Below are positions 12,199 through 23,289 of a DNA stretch of 64,000 nt, piece by piece; position 1 is the first letter of the stretch, and every line of letters begins with the position of its first letter. The notes beneath the pieces are model-generated. The model was not told the DNA's origin and did no database searches. It saw only the letters and a list, made by a program, of their open reading frames with translations. The stretch lies in NCBI RefSeq assembly GCF_004010195.1, contig NC_057720.1:17444037-17508036 (forward strand), read 5' to 3'. The stretch is from Chiloscyllium plagiosum. Taxonomy: Eukaryota. The position numbers were made by a program, and so were the translations under genes.

Positions 12199-15100
12199 AC
12201 CATAAGACCGTAAGACGTAGGAGTGGAAGTAAGGCCATTCAGCCCATCGGGTCCACTTAGCTATTTAATCATGGCTGATGGGCGTTTCAATACCACTTAC
12301 CTGCACTCTTCCCATAGCCCTTAATTCCTTGCGAGATCAAGAAGAGACCCAACATCCCGGCCTCCATTGCGCTTCGTGGCAGTGAATTCCACAGACTCAC
12401 CAAGAAATGTCTCCTCATATCCATTCTAAATTGACTCTGCCCACAGATCCTAGTCTCCCCGCCTAATGGAAACAACTTCCCAGCATCCACCCTTTCTAAG
12501 TCATGCATTATCTTGTAAGTTTCTATTAGATCTCCCCTCAACCTTCTAAACTCTAATGAATTCAATCCTAGGATCCTCAGCCAATCATTATGTTAGGCCT
12601 ACCATTCAAGGGATCATCCATGTGAATCTCTGCTGGATATACTCCAGTGCCAGTATGTATTTCCTGAGGTGTGGGGTCCAAAATTGGACACCGTATTCTA
12701 AATGGGGCCTAACTAGAGCTTTATAATGTCTCAAAGCACATTGCTGCTTTTATATTCCAACCCTCTTAAGTTAAATAACAACATTGCATTTGCTTTCTTA
12801 ATCACGGACTCAACCTGCAAATCAATCTTTAGAGAATCCTGGACTAGCACTCCCAGATCCCTTTGTACTTCGGCTTTATGAATTTTCTTACCGTTTAAAA
12901 AATAGTCCATGCCTGTATTCTTTTTGCCAAAGCACAAGACCTCATATTTGCTCACATTGAATTTCATCAACCATTTCTTGGGCCACTCTCCTAAACTGTC
13001 TAAATCTTTCTGCAGCCTCCCCACCACCTCAGTACTCCCTGCCTGTCTGCCTAACTTCGTATCATCGGTGAACTTCGCCAGAATGCCCCCGTCCCTTCGT
13101 CCAGATCATTAATGTATAAAGTGAATAGCTGAGGCCCAAACACTGAGCCCTGCAGGACCCCACTTGTCACCAGCTGCCATTCCGAAAAAGAACCTTTTAT
13201 CCCAAACTTCTGCCTTCTGTCAGGCAGCCAATCCCTAATCCATGCCAGTAGCTCACCTCGAACTATGGGCCCTCCCCTTACTCAGCAGCCTCTCGAGAGG
13301 CACCTTATCAAAGGCCTTTTGGAAGTCTAGGTAGATAACATCCACTGGGTTTCCCTGGTCTAAACTACTTGTGACCTCTTCAAAGAATTCTAACAGGTTT
13401 GTCAGGCACGACCTCCCCTTAGTAAATTCATGTTGACTTGTTCTAATCTGACCCTGTACTTCCAAGAATTTAGAAATCTCTTCCTTACTGATGGATTCTA
13501 GAATTTTACCTACAACTGAGGTGAGGCTAATCGGCCTATGATTTTCCACCTTTTGTCTTTATCCTTTCTTGAACAAGGGAGTTACAACAGCAATTTTTAA
13601 ATCATTTGGGACTTTCCCTGACTCCAGTGATTTTTGAAAGATCACAGTCAGCGCCTCCACTAGTTCCTCAGCCACCTCTCTCTGAACTCTTTGATGTAGC
13701 CCATCCGGGCCAGGAGATTTATTGGGCTTTTTTTTTAGACCTTCCACCTTTTCTAGCACTTTGTTATGTAATGGCTACCATACTCAACTCTCCCTCTGAC
13801 TCTCCTTTAATTGTTGGGATATTACTCCTGTCTTCCTCTGTGAAGACTGACACAAAATACTTACGTTCTTCAGCTATTTCCTTGTCTCCCAGCACTAGCC
13901 TTCCAGTATCAATTTGGAGCAGCCCAATTTCTACTTTTGCCTCTCGTTTGTTTCTTATGTATTGAAAGAAATTTTTTACTATCATTTCTAATATTACTGG
14001 CTAGTTTACCTTCATATTTGATCCTCTCCTTCCTTATTTCTCTCTGTTATCCTCTGTTTGTTTTTGTAGTCTTCCCAATCTTCTGATTTCCCAGTGCTCT
14101 TGGTCACTTTATAGGTGCTCTCTTTTTCTTTGATACATTTCCTGACTTCCTTTGTCAGCCATGGCTCTCTGACCCCTCCCTGAATAATCTATCTTTTCTT
14201 TGGGATGAACCTCTGTACTGTGACCTCAATTACACCCAGAAATTCTTGCCATTGTTGCTCTACTGTCTTTCCCACTAGGCTCTGCTTCCAGTCGATTTTA
14301 GTTAGTTCCTCTCTCATGCCCCTGTAATTACCTTTATTAACATTACATCGATTTTACCTTCTCTCTTTCAAACTGCAGACTGAATTCTACCATATTATGA
14401 TCACTGCCTCCTAAGCGTTCCCTTACTGTAAGCTCTTTTACAAAGTCTGGCTCATTACATAGCACTAAATCCAGAATAGCCTGCTCCTTTGTGGGCTCCA
14501 TCGCAAGCTGTTCCAAAAAGCCATCCTGTAAGCAATCCATGAATTCCTTTTCTTTGGATCCACCAACAACATTATTCAGCCAGTCCACCTGCACATTGAA
14601 GTCCCCCATGATCACTGTGACCTTGCCTTTCTGACATGCGCTATCTATTTCTTGGTACATCTTGCATCCCTGGTCCTGACCACTGCCGGGACTTCTGTAC
14701 TTAACTCCCATTATGGTTTTTTTTTTTGCCTTTGTGGTTCCTCAACTCCACCCACACAGACTCGCATCATCTGACCCTGTCATTCAGTGCCATAGATTTA
14801 ATCTGATTCTTAAATAACAAGGCAACCCTGCCCCCCCCCCCCCCCCCCTATCTCCCTGTCTTTTCAATAAGTTGTAAATCCTTGGATGTTTAACTACCAG
14901 TCCTGAACCCCCTGCAAACACGTCTGTGATGCCTACCACATCGTAATCAATCACGAAGATTTGTGTTGTTAATTCATCTACTTTGTTACAAATACTACGA
15001 GCATTTAGATAAAGCGCCTTAATGCTAACATCTCTAGTAATATGTCCTATGTTATCCATCCTTCTTTGCTTCATTCCTAGTCTGCCTCGAACTTAAACCC

Positions 15101-16560
15101 TGCACACATGCTAACCTGCTGCTTATCTTTCTACCTGACTCCATACTCCGTTGCTTTCCCTTTCCCTACCCACCCCGCCCCCGACTGTCAAGTTTAAAGT
15201 CCTAATGACCATCCTATTTATTCTTTTCACCAGAACACTGGTTCCAGATTGGTTCAGGTAGAGACCATCCCATCAACAGAGATCCCTCCGGTTCCAAACC
15301 TGATGTCAATGTCCCATGAAATAGAATCCCTCTTCCCCACACCAATCTCTTAGCCAGGTGTTTGCTTCCCTAATTTTCTTATCCCTGTGCCAATTAGCAC
15401 ATGGCTCGGGCAGTAATCCAGAGATTATGACCCTCGAAGACCTGTTCTTCAATTTCCTCATAGTGCTTGATAATCCCCAAACAGGTCCTCCTTCCAAGCC
15501 TTGCACAAACAACGTGGACCACAACAATTGGATCCTGTCTCTCCCACTCCAATATCCTTTCAAGCTGGTTGGAGATGTCCTGTACCCTGGCACCGGACAG
15601 GCAACGCACCATGCGGGACTCCCAATCCGGCCCGCAAAGAATACTATCTGTTCCCCCTAATTATAGAATTCCCTAGAACAACTACTTGTCTTTTTGCTCC
15701 CCCCTCTTGAATGGCCTTCTACACCATGGTGCCGTGGTCAGCTGGCTCATCCTGTTCACACCCTTTTCCTCATCCATACAGGGAGCAAAAATCTCATACC
15801 TGTTGGCCAAGGTCAAGGGCTGAGGCTGTTCCACTCCTGAACTCAGAATCCCCCTACCTGCCTCACTTAGTCACACCCTGTTGTCCCTGATCACTCGCGA
15901 GTTTGAATTACTTAATCTAGCGGGTGAGACTGTCTTCTGAAACAAAGCATCCAGGTAGCTCTCCCCCTCCTGGATGTGCTAGTGTTTGAAGCTCCGATTC
16001 CAAATCATCAACTCTGATCTGGAGTTCTTCCAGCAACCAACACTTGCTGCAGATGTGGTTGCTGCCGTTCACAATGGGATCAGCCAGCTCCCACATCATA
16101 CAGCCACAGCACACCACCTGTCCAGCCATCTCTACTTAATTAATTTATATAAATTTATGAGTTAAATAATTTCTAGTACTTCTCTACAGTCTTATTCAAC
16201 TAACCAACCAATATTAAACTTTGAAATCTATCACACGATACACAAACATAAATTATAACACCTTACCTTAACAATACACGAGATTCCCTTTGTTGTTTGG
16301 TTAGAGGAGGAGGATTGGTGGGAGACACTACACGTGTAGTGTCTTGGGATTCAGCCGCTGCCCAAATATATACCCAGCAGTGCTCTGCTCCTCGTGTGGC
16401 CTCTCCCTCTGCTGCTCCCTTAAAAAGAGAGAGTGCTCCTCACTCTCACCTCTCGACAAACGGAGGCCCTGACGCCCGAGGTAAGTTTTTTTTTTTTGAA
16501 AACAATTTTACTCACCTTCCCAGCAGTCCTCTGCTCCTCACTCTCCCCTCTCAACCTTGT
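12199..16560 (-). mobile_element. Near full-length CR1 LINE (5' UTR, ORF1 zinc-finger/esterase, ORF2 APE+RT; frameshifted)
   Basis: ORF1: CCGC...CSKC plus coiled coil (15917-16129) and SGNH-esterase-like CLSGARVQD...PIVVVHV. ORF2: YLNARS, IMGDFN, LGGSDHN, KSPGPDG, YLDFQKAFDK. Tail tcttacggtcttatgg. Confidence 0.93.
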
Positions 16561-16576
16561 TCTTTTATTCAAACTA

Positions 16577-16742
16577 CAGTCAATTCTGCTATAACCTGTT
16601 TCTTCAACAGGAATTAGCTATAGCGCAAACGTTCCTTACCCATGTGGCTATAACGTGATTCCGACCTCAGTTTAAATGGTGCTGTATTACACTATTTTCT
16701 TAACGCGAGATTCCGTCTGTCACGTTATGTCAAAACTGACTT
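16577..16742. mobile_element. Tc1/mariner-pogo (Tigger-like) MITE
   Basis: TA followed by cagtcaattctgctataac ... gttatgtcaaaactgactt; imperfect TIRs, 14/19 matches. Confidence 0.5.
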
Positions 16743-17114
16743 ATGCAAGTTCTGGTGACTGTTGAGTAACTGACTTCCCATGATAACCAAAAAGACACAT
16801 AGAACTTGCGGCTTATCAAGCCAGGTTTTACTCTGGGATCTGGATTGTTCTGTATTACCATCAGCTAGGATCATAACAAGACCAATTATTATGAGTAACA
16901 GTTATTTGATTATTTAAAACATAATAACAAAATAATAATATAACAGCTAAGCCAGTCCTTTATAAATAGGTTCTACATTTTCTTTTGCTGGAAGTTTTTA
17001 ACTGTTTGTTAACTTAACATTTTTTGGTAACTCAAACTGATCAGGTGTGTAACAAAATACTACCTACTTGCCTCGATGATGGTAATTTGGACAACACTCA
17101 AATCCAGAATAAAG

Positions 17115-17580
17115 CAACCACTCCACCAAGGACATGCAGGTCCTTGGACTCCTCCATCGCCAGACCATAGCAACACGACAGCAGGCGGAAGATGAGGCGC
17201 TCTTCCTCCAAGGAACCCTCCAACCACAAGGGATGAACTCTGATTTCTCCAGTTTCCTCATTTCCCCTCTTCCCCCCCCCCCCCCCCCCCACCTTGTCTC
17301 AGTCCCAACCCTCGAACTCAGCATCACCTTCCTAACCTGCAATCTTCTTCCTGACCTCTCCGCCCCCACCCCCGCTCTGGCCTATCACCCTCACCTTAAC
17401 CTCCTTCCACCTATCGCATTTCCAATGCCCCTCCCTCAAGTCCCTCCTCCCTACCTTTTATCTTAGCCTGCTTGGTACAATTTCCTCATTCCTGAAGAAG
17501 GGCTCATGCCCGAAACGTCGATTCTCCTGCTCCTTGGATGCTGCCTGACCTGCTGCGCTTTTCCAGCAACACATTTTCAG
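17115..17580 (+). mobile_element. Penelope-like element 3' portion (GIY-YIG C-terminus, C-rich UTR, hammerhead motif)
   Basis: MQVLGLLHRQTIATR...GTLQPQGMNSDFSSF resembles the PLE GIY-YIG end (GTLxPxGxN). Followed by CTGAAGAaGGGCtcatGCCCGAAACGTC at 17492-17519. Confidence 0.8.
17492..17524 (+). ncRNA. Minimal type I hammerhead ribozyme motif
   Basis: CUGAAGA core, extra A, stem II GGGC/GCCC, GAAA, palindromic ACGU in place of stem III, then cleavage-site C. Stem I pairing is weak. Confidence 0.6.
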
Positions 17581-17659
17581 TACTTAATCAGTAACCCTTA
17601 AACATTATTTTCCTTTATCATTACCACAGAATGACAGTTATAAGATCGATAAAATGCAC

Positions 17660-17985
17660 AGCAGCAACTTGCCAAGTTTGCCTTTGAAGGCCCCTCCCAA
17701 ACTTGCAACCTCTACCACTTAAAAGGAGAAAGGCAGAAGATGCCTGGACATATTACCACTTATGGGTTTCCCTCCAACCCCCACCATCCTGACTTGGAAA
17801 TATATTACTCTTCCTTCACTGTCACTACTTCAAAAACTTGGAATTCCCTACATAAGTTCAAGTAGTTGTGCCAAATCATATGGATTACAACAGTTCAAGA
17901 AGGCAGCTCCCCATCACTATCTAGAGGGCAATTGGGGATGGGCAATAAATGTTCAGTTTGCTATAAACATCTGCATCTCTTGAAA
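17660..17985 (+). mobile_element. LINE 3' end fragment sharing its tail with the tRNA SINE family
   Basis: cagttcaagaaggcagctc...gggcaattggggatgggcaataaatg; similar sequence at 29020-29170. Confidence 0.55.
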
Positions 17986-18013
17986 TAATTTTAAAATGTT
18001 CCCTTTTTTACAG

Positions 18014-18094
18014 ATGGCGACTACCATTGACATGAATTTACAGAGTGATATTATGGCAACATTTGAAGAAAATCTTTGTATTAGAAATCTTTGA
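18014..18094 (+). CDS. BRDT: BET protein (probably BRDT), last coding exon
   Basis: Pyrimidine tract ccctttttta plus cAG at 18011-18013. Encodes MATTIDMNLQSDIMATFEENLCIRNL-stop(TGA), matching the BET C-terminal motif (TIDMxxQSD...FE). Confidence 0.9.
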   Translation: MATTIDMNLQSDIMATFEENLCIRNL

Positions 18095-19690
18095 ATCATG
18101 CAAAATAAATATCCCCTCTGCATGATAGTTGAGAAGGTCTATAAAGACAGGTAGCCATTGCAGTCCATTAAATATATTCTGGACACTGCTCATGACCAAC
18201 AGATACTGACTGCAGTGTTTCCTGAGAGCTGAGGTGGAAGAACTTGCACTATTTGTTTTTCCTTCCATGTCCCAAATGCCCCAAAGCTCTTCAGAAATTA
18301 GCAATATTGTGCATTGTGTGAAGAAACTGGGTTCCCCAATGATGAAGGAAGCTTAAAACCCTTTTGAGAAAAAAAATTGAAGTGTAAATGAAAACGTGAT
18401 CTATGTATTGAGCATTTAGAGATATAAGATTATAACAAAAATGAATGCAGAGAAAGCAAAAATTTAATCTATTGGCGCAAGTAGTCTAGAGTTGAGGGCA
18501 GTTATAAAGCTTGTGAAGTACAGTTGCAATTAACCAGATTACTGAAGTGATGTAATCTCAAGGGCCTGTATTGGGATAAAAATTGAAGAGACAAGGAATG
18601 TCTATGTTAACTTAGCAAATCATAATCTAACAAGTTAATGATTACAATAGGGGGAAAAAACTCACTTTTTTCTACCCTAACATTTTGACTTTGGCAATAA
18701 AATTAATAAATACAAGTGTTGTGATTTTTTTCTATCTTGTAAAATTGATTTTCTGATGCAGTTGGTATCAGGCACATAATAAGTAGATTTAGATTTTCTT
18801 TTGTCTCAATGGTGATCACACCATTTTGTGTAATAGGTTATGTTTCTGAAATTTGTACTTTTATAATGATACTGCTTTAGAACTGACAACTAATCTACAT
18901 TTGCTAGCTGCTAATTAAACAAAAATGAATTCTCCTTTCTTTACAAGCTGTTTGTAGCAGCTTTTTGAAGTGGCATTGTTGCCTCAGTGTAGAAGTTAAA
19001 GTATGTGACCTTTTTGCTTTTGAAGGAGATTATAACAAATGGATAATCTTGTGTTTTCCATTCAACACCTCTGCTCTCTTGTGTCACTCTATTCAAACCT
19101 TACTCTGAAATGTGGTTATTCCTGAGCAGCATTTCTTCAAATTTGCAGTACTTACATTGGGGAAGTTTAGTGAGCTACTGTCACTTCAATGGATATCATG
19201 AATGAGAGATTTGTATACAAATATGGATAAACTTAAGAAAAAGCCTGAAGGATCATTTCTGGTATGACACAAGTGAGAATTTATAACCAGACATACAGTT
19301 CATTGCACCGGGCAAACGTTTTTTAAACTTCCATCTTTCCTGATTCCTTCTGTTTTTTTCTAGTATTTGAATGTTAATGCAATAATGCTTTCATTGTTGG
19401 ATGTTTGTAATCTTTCACTGTCTCTGAAGTTGATCGTGTGCATTAAAAATTAGTAAATGTACATATTTTTGCACCTCATAATAAAGCAAAGTACTGAAGA
19501 TGTTACCATTTTTGTACCAAATTTCTCATTAGCTTTTTGTAAGGAAAAGAAATTTTAATAACTGTGGTTAGCTATATTAACTTATTTTTGTGCCATTTAG
19601 AATTTCAATTTTGTTTTGGAGATGAGGTTAATGTTCTAAGCTGAAAGCTTTGTTACACACATTTTGTAATAAACCACCACTAAAGTTTAA
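18095..19690 (+). other. Putative BRDT 3' UTR with several polyadenylation signals
   Basis: AT-rich stretch after the stop codon with no recognised repeats. AATAAA at 18104, 18696, 18705, 19480 and 19668; GU/U-rich sequence follows 18705. Confidence 0.55.
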
Positions 19691-20076
19691 GGTCTTCCAG
19701 TATGTATGATTATTGCTAATTGCTTTGTTCTGTGCAGCTCCCTTTTTGTTGGTTATTTTATGGCTTACTTATTCTTGACTGTCCAACAAGTATGTGGTAC
19801 TTGCTCCCTGTATGGATGAGGAAAAGGTCTGCAGGGAGGATGGTCGAACTGACCACTGCATGTAGTCCAGGAAGCCATTCATGTAGGAGGCGCATGAAGG
19901 AAAATGATAGGGATTCTATAATTAGGGAACAGTGTCCTTTTGCAAGCCGGATTCAGAGCACCCCCCCCCCCCACCACACAGTGTTACCTACTTGGTGCCA
20001 AGGTGAAAGATATATCAAGTCCGCTTGAAAGAAAACAGGGGAGAGAAGGGGTATCCAGTTGTTGGGGTCCATGTTG

Positions 20077-20166
20077 AGCTGAAAAATGTGTTGCTGGAAA
20101 AGCGCAGTAGGTCAGGCAGCATCCAAGGAGCAGGAGAATCAACGTTTCGGGCATAAGCCCTTCAGG
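20077..20166 (-). mobile_element. Short hammerhead-bearing Penelope-derived insertion (core with deletion)
   Basis: Reverse complement cctgaagggcttatgcccgaaacgttgattc. Flanks ggtccatgttga / ggtcctgttga. Confidence 0.7.
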
Positions 20167-20644
20167 TCCTGTTGACACCAACAATGTGGGCAAGAGGTCC
20201 TATTTGGGCAGTTTCAGGAATTAGCGCCAATTGAAATTTGATTGGTATGATGGTGTATAGGCAACACCAACATGGCTGCAAGGAGATCAGGACTGGAAAT
20301 TAAATATCCAAAGATGTGCATCATATTGAAAGGGCAGGCAAATACGCAGAGGAGGTAGTATTGTCGTTTTAGTTTTAAAAAAAAAAATCAATAACTAGAA
20401 GCAATTTAGGGTTGGAAGGTGTAGAACCTTTTGTAGTAGAGCCTCCCAGCAGTAGTCAGGATCTGGGGTAGAAAATAAATCAGGACATAGAAACTGCATG
20501 TAAGAATGCTACGATTACAGTATCACTGGGGATTTCAGTATGCAGGTGGCACTGTTTGTGGAATATGTCAGACTTGTTTTTTTTTTGGAGCAGCATGTGG
20601 TAGAGCCCTTTAGGGAATAGGCAGTTCTAGATTTGATGACTTGT

Positions 20645-21190
20645 AATAGTCAAACAGAATAGAAACCGACCCAGCGGTCTAACTTGTCCATGCTGATCAG
20701 ACATACCATCTAACTCAGACCCATTTGCCAGTATTTGACCCATGACCCCCTGAGCCCTTCCTATTCATGTATTTATCCAAATGCCTTCTAGATATTGTAA
20801 TTGTACCAGCCTCCACCACTACCTCTGGCAGCTCATTCCATGCAAGTACCATCCTCTGCATGAAAAAGTTACACCTCCAGTCGTTTTAAATCTTTCTCCT
20901 CTCACCTTAAACCTATGCCCTCTAGATTTAGACTCTCCCACCCTAGAAAAAAGGCCATGGCTATTCATGCCCACCATGATTTTATAAACCTCCATAAGTT
21001 CACCCCTCAGCCTCTGACATTCCAGTGAAAAAAGCCCAGCATATTCAGCCTCTCCCCATAGCTCATACCCTCCAGTCCCAGCAACATCCTTGTAAATCTT
21101 TTCTGCACACGCTGTCAAAATTTAACAATGCCCTTCTGTTGGAAGGATAATCAGAACCATACACAATATCCTAAAAGTGGCCTCACCAAT
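20645..21190 (-). mobile_element. CR1 3' fragment
   Basis: GLFSLECQRLRGELMEVYKIM...SRGHRFKVRGERF. Confidence 0.85.
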
Positions 21191-23289
21191 TCCTTAAGGA
21201 GCTTAAGGCGAATGAGCTCCTAGGGAAGCATTGGCCATAATATTACAGAATTCACCTTGCATTTTGAGAGGGAGAAGCCAGAATCAGTTGTAACGGCAGT
21301 GCAATCGAGTAGAGGTAACCACGAAGAAATGCGAGAGGAGCTGGACAGAATTGATTGGAGTGAGTGGGATTGAAGCCTAACAGGGAAGATGGTGGAGCAG
21401 CAAAGACCAGAGTTTCTGGGGGTAATTAGGGAAGAAAAACAGAAATTCATTCCAAGAGGATTGGCTGACTGACGGAAGGCAGAGGGTAGGGATGATGGGC
21501 CATTTTTCAGAATGGCAGCCAGTAATGAGTTCCATTTGAAGTGGGGGGGGGGGGGAGGTTAGCTGTGTTGGGGCCACATTATATTTTAATGATCTGGCAA
21601 AGGAACTGAGGGCGTTGTTGTTAAGTTTGCAGATGGTACAAAGATAAGTCAAGGGACAGATAGTGTTGAGGAAGTGGGGGGGGGGGTGTTGCAATCGGGC
21701 TTGGACAGGCTACGAGATGGGCAAAGAAATGACAGATGGAAAACAACGTGGGACAGTGTGAGGCTCTGGAAAGTAGTCTATACTGCTATGCTTTCTACCA
21801 AAGTGCAAATAGAGAAAGGCTTTGGAAATCTGAAACTTAAAGGGACTCCAATCCTAATTCAGGATTTCACGAGTGGAAGAGACTAAGACCTGAAGGGACA
21901 ACCCTTCAGAACTGAAATGAGAAATTTCTTCAGCCAGAGGGTGTCTAATCTGTGGAACTCATTGCTGTAGAAGTCTGTGGAGTAAGTCATTGAATGTCTT
22001 TAAGACAGATAATTCTTGATCTCCTTACTAATCAAGCACCTATGGAGAGTTAGGAGAATGGAGTTGAAAAACATATCAGCCGTGATCAAATGGAGCAGAA
22101 TTGATGGGGGGAATAGCCGAATTAGGCTCCTATATCTTATGCTCTTTACAGTGAACTCTAAGAGTGGGGCTGTGCAGCAGACCATATGTTGTATGGTAGA
22201 ATCACGTGGATAGATTTTAAACTGCTAACTGCAAATAAAACACGCAATATGGGCTATCTGTCCAGTTTATAAACTATACCCCACTTAACCCTGCAAGTTA
22301 AATATTAATTGCTGTGACTCTAGAAATAATTTGGGTTACAGCCTGTTGAATCAGACCTGACTACAGACTCATGTGTTTTAAATTAACATCAGCTTATTTA
22401 CAACTGCCTTCAAAGTCAACAAAGCCACATCACTCCATATAGAGTAGCAAGACAACATTAAAGGAAATGGAAAATTTTCCTACAGTGATGTAAGTAGAGA
22501 AAGATAGCTGTAAGAATGGTCTCTGGTCCAAGATGGCAGTGGATTAGAACTCCTGGGCTGGAGCATATTCTCTGGATTAGAGTGGTGCTGGAAAAGCTTA
22601 GCAGTTCAAGCAGCATCTGCAGTCATTGTTTTTACCTGGAGCACATCCTCTGACCACTTTCCTTTTCTTTTGTTATTTCTGTCTTTTTTAAAAAAAAAAC
22701 TAACTTGACTTGTCCTGAGGTTGGACAGCATCAGCATCGGCTACAGCCCAGCGCACAGACCTCTGGTGGGCCTGGTGTGGAGGAAAGTGAGTCCCTACTT
22801 AATTTTCCGCAGCAAGCGCAGGACGTAGAATCGGTGGCTGCTACACTGGCAGAGACAAAGTCTGTGAAGTCAGCCTAGCAGCAAAAGATGGTGCCTGAGG
22901 ATCGGCGATTTCTTTGGTTGGGTCTAGTGCTGCTGGCTTCAAGGTGAAAGGGCATCATGGCAACATCAATGTGATGGGCCTAGTGGCAAAGATGGCACCT
23001 GAGGATTGGCTATTTCCGCGTTGGTTGGGTCCATTGTCGATGGTGGTGAAGCAGTAGCTGTGCATGAGTCATTGAGAAGCTTGCTCAGGACTGATGGATT
23101 CTTTTCAAGCTATATCTTTGTTTTTCCTTCTGCTTAAATTATTAAAAATGGCATTTCCTGGTGACAGTTGGAAGATTTTCACTTAATTTTACTGTCACAT
23201 TTTACAGTAAAAATACAATAAAATCAAAATCGCATGAAATCAGAAGCGGGGTAAAAATAGGAGTTTACCTGTGGAAGCAGTGGCATAGT

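Larger units (their letters stand above)
19790..22150 (+). mobile_element. Internally deleted old CR1 with nested insertions
   Basis: Esterase-like PVVGVHVD.NNVG, endonuclease and RT remnants, and a 3' end near 22140. Contains insertions at 20077-20165 and 20645-21190. Confidence 0.65.
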
